Positions 61,520-64,000 of a stretch of 64,000 bases of DNA are shown piece by piece. Both the position numbers and the translations under genes were made by a program. The stretch is from an uncultured Verrucomicrobiae bacterium (GTDB taxonomy: Bacteria > Verrucomicrobiota > Verrucomicrobiia > Chthoniobacterales > UBA10450). The stretch lies in contig CAVWPA010000003.1 in NCBI GenBank assembly GCA_963756875.1, positions 1,248,001 to 1,312,000 of the forward strand, given 5' to 3'. Numbering within the stretch: position 1 is the stretch's first letter; each line of letters begins with the position of its first letter. The notes beneath the pieces are model-generated. The model had not been told where the DNA came from. It ran no database searches and saw only the letters and a list, made by a program, of their open reading frames with translations.

Positions 61520-62068
61520 ATGGATGAAGGTGTAGAGAAGCTCATCACCGGCTGGTTCGAACGGGCGCGCGACAACCAGCTGACACACGATGAATGCGGC
61601 ATCCGGCTCAACCGCTGGCATTATCGTTTGGGAATACCAATCATTGTCCTGACGACTGGTGTGGCAGCGGCCATTTTCTATTGGTTAGGCCGTCCGGATC
61701 TAAGCGACCCGATCAAGATGGCGATTGGAGTCGCCAGCGGTGCGGCGGCTCTCCTGGCCTGTTTGCAAACCTTCCTCGGCTTATCGCAGCGGGCCGACCA
61801 GCATAAGATTGCCTCCTCACGGTACGATGCGTTACGGCGAGCGCTCGAAATCTTGAAAACGTTTTCGCCGTCGGACCCGATCGAGCTGCGTCGCGCCGTC
61901 ACCGATATTCAACGAGGGATGGACCGGCTGGCCGAAACATCGCCGGCTGTTCCGGCGCGCTGGAAGGAAAAAATCGATAAGGAATTGGACAGCCGAGGCC
62001 AGGAACGCATTTTTCATCTTCCGGCTGCCGATCGCTCACCGGAAAAAATCGAACTCGGCGCCGCTTAA
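61520..62068 (+). CDS. SLATT-like two-TM domain protein
   Basis: H...LGIP TM1, TM2 ending LQTFL, then RADQH..AS.RYDALRR. Confidence 0.75.
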   Translation: MDEGVEKLITGWFERARDNQLTHDECGIRLNRWHYRLGIPIIVLTTGVAAAIFYWLGRPDLSDPIKMAIGVASGAAALLACLQTFLGLSQRADQHKIASSRYDALRRALEILKTFSPSDPIELRRAVTDIQRGMDRLAETSPAVPARWKEKIDKELDSRGQERIFHLPAADRSPEKIELGAA

Positions 62069-62740
62069 AGCACTGACCACCGTGGAGCTTCCCAAAGTTT
62101 ACTCGCCGGGGCGAGCGCGCGAATACCAAGCCAAACTCAAAGCCGAAAAGGAACAAAAAGCCCGCGCCTCCGTCCCGCAGTTCTGACCGCTGATCGCCGT
62201 TCTCTGATAACCAATAACAGATAACTGCGGGCACCCCCGCCGCTGCCAATGTCGAAAGTTTAGATCTGACCACCATTCCCCCCGCACTCGTAAAGGACCT
62301 GACCGCACTCCTTTTTAGAACTGGCAAGCTGACAAACTGAATGGAGCGACTGGGTGAGCGCGACATGGCCGGTAAAGCCGCGAGGTAGCGGTCGAGCGCT
62401 GCGGGGCAGCCGAGATACAAATTCAGATCGCTCTCAAATACACACCTTTCCGAAAGAATTAGGGAAAGGGCTTTTACGCTGTAGATTGACACGGTTACTC
62501 AATCCCTTTCCCCGGATTGAACCAGATATGGAATTAACACGAACTCTGTCTCAAAGCGGCGCACTTTACTTCGCGCAACTACACACAACGGAGCGGCGGG
62601 CTGCTCTTTTTCGGCGGTTCGCTGCCGCAGCCAGGCTGCAGCCACCGGATGTGCGGCGACGGACTTTTGCCGACTCGCACGTCTCGAGGCGATTTCGTCC
62701 CGATAACGGGCGGTAATCGATTAACGAATTTAAGATCGAC

Positions 62741-62983
62741 ATGTCCAAAAAGTCCCGAGTATTAAATCGCCACCGAAGCAAGTGGATCGGATTTATTATA
62801 GCCGAAGGCTCGGCGATCGGTGTTCTTCTTCTGGCGGGGACATTTGCCTGGTCGTCACACCTGACCAATTCCACGCTGGGTTTTTTGATCAACATCGTGA
62901 TCCTCGCTGCCGCCGTGGCCATCGCTTTTATCCCAATCGTCCTCTTCGCGATCTCCCCCATTCTTCCACGCGCAGATCGTTAG
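62741..62983 (+). CDS. Small two-TM membrane protein
   Basis: Basic N-terminus and two hydrophobic helices. Confidence 0.6.
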   Translation: MSKKSRVLNRHRSKWIGFIIAEGSAIGVLLLAGTFAWSSHLTNSTLGFLINIVILAAAVAIAFIPIVLFAISPILPRADR

Positions 62984-63073
62984 CGAAAGCCGACCTCCGG
63001 CCTTGGCCAATGTCCTTTCGTTCGTACCACCGATAGATCTCGCAATTGGTTCGATGTCTGCGATTGGTGTCAT

Positions 63074-63258
63074 GTGCCGCTTGAATCCTGCCCCGTCTGT
63101 GGCCATGCGCTTTCCGTCCTTGAGCGCCATTGCCGTCATTGCGCTGTCTCATCTGGGGCCGCGCGGTCGTCTTGGCGGTTTAACGTGAAGCATCTGCGAA
63201 AGCGGATCGTCGCGTGGTGGCGATGGGCGTTCTCGTCTACTTGATATTTCTCCGCTAA
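63074..63258 (+). CDS. Small zinc-ribbon protein, probably with C-terminal TM (possible frameshift)
   Basis: VPLESCPVCGHALSVLERHCRHC...; in-frame stop at 63244, alternative-frame tail VVAMGVLVYLIFLR* ending at 63258. Confidence 0.5.
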
Positions 63259-63321
63259 CGCAAGGCGCGGCGCGATCCGGGCGCGTTGACTTTACGCATT
63301 GCCGGACGAGCCTCTCTCATT

Positions 63322-63447
63322 ATGGGCGACAAATCTCCGAAAGCGAACCAGAAGCACAAGGCGCAGCAACAGGCGAAAGCCAACAGCGCGTCCCAGAAGA
63401 AAGCGCAACAAGCCTTAACCGCCAGGGCGGCGCCGGGAAAGAAGTAG
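63322..63447 (+). CDS. Small basic Lys/Gln/Ala-rich protein (41 aa)
   Basis: MGDKSPKANQKHKAQQQAKANSASQKKAQQALTARAAPGKK*; TTGACT lies 36 nt upstream. Confidence 0.6.
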   Translation: MGDKSPKANQKHKAQQQAKANSASQKKAQQALTARAAPGKK

Positions 63448-63555
63448 GATCTCGCTGGCAGGCGGCGGGCGCTTGTTTTTCACAAAACGTCTACCCCGAA
63501 AGGTGAAGACGCGTTCCTGGTTCAGGCCTAAGTTGGGGGCAGAAAACAAAAGATA

Positions 63556-63711
63556 ATGCGCAAAGAAAAACCCAAAGCCAATTTCAAGAGTAACCCTTCA
63601 ATCCCCGGCCGCGAAACCTTGCGGCCAAAGAATGTGTCGACAAAACATAACAAACAAATCGCACATCACGCGCCGGTACGCCGGGCTGCGAACAAAGGCC
63701 GCGGCTTCTGA
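63556..63711 (+). CDS. Small basic protein (51 aa)
   Basis: MRKEKPKANFKSNPSIPGRETLRPKNVSTKHNKQIAHHAPVRRAANKGRGF*. Confidence 0.5.
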   Translation: MRKEKPKANFKSNPSIPGRETLRPKNVSTKHNKQIAHHAPVRRAANKGRGF

Positions 63712-64000
63712 GCAACATTGAGCGCCGGTCAGCGTTGTAATGGCCTTGTGTTTGCCGCCACGATCGCTTGCAGCTCGTAGTCTTTTATCGTCGGATGAAC
63801 CGCTGCCGCCGAAATTTGGCCGGAAAAGAACAAAAAGCCCGCGCGTCAGTGCCGCAGTTCTGAGCGCTGACTGGAGTTTACCCGTCCTGGTCGCCGTGGC
63901 GACCGCGTCGGGACCTCCGGCCACTGATCCCTATTTCCCGATCTCCTGACCCCCGAGCTGCTGCGAATTGCCGTTAGGAAAGGCGCGCTCGAAACCGAAT

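Noticed and set aside
63480..63545. c-di-GMP-I riboswitch (GAAA hairpin followed by gacgc...cctaa)
   Set aside because: It lacks the GGCAAAC and GCAAAG core elements; only a generic GNRA hairpin is supportable.

Overview
GC-rich bacterial chromosomal segment, most consistent with a soil Verrucomicrobiota (Chthoniobacterales/Spartobacteria-like) genome. This is inferred from gene content: a PEP-CTERM protein, tandem beta-barrel paralogues and a cyclase-TolB-TPR protein. Housekeeping part: S41 protease, tsaD, ispA, tRNA-Thr-tuf-tRNA-Trp-secE-nusG-rplK (not followed by rplA), rpoZ, cls, an aminotransferase and a 2-hydroxyacid dehydrogenase. The standout is a ~4.3 kb integrative element in tRNA-Arg(CCT) at 14509-18851. 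It carries a tyrosine integrase, an Xis-like HTH, a two-tyrosine HUH rolling-circle Rep with a candidate nick-site hairpin, paired arm-type repeats and two cargo genes. Unusually, it duplicates and replaces the 5' half of the tRNA rather than the 3' end. Other signals: REP/REPIN-like palindromes, some inside reading frames (twice in tsaD); an unannotated 34-aa Lys/Arg-rich peptide upstream of a SET methyltransferase; a duplicated micro-ORF tail with synonymous changes; and -35 boxes 35-36 nt before start codons, suggesting leaderless genes. Several genes have single-base frameshifts that are probably consensus errors. All family assignments come from motif recognition by eye, not database searches.
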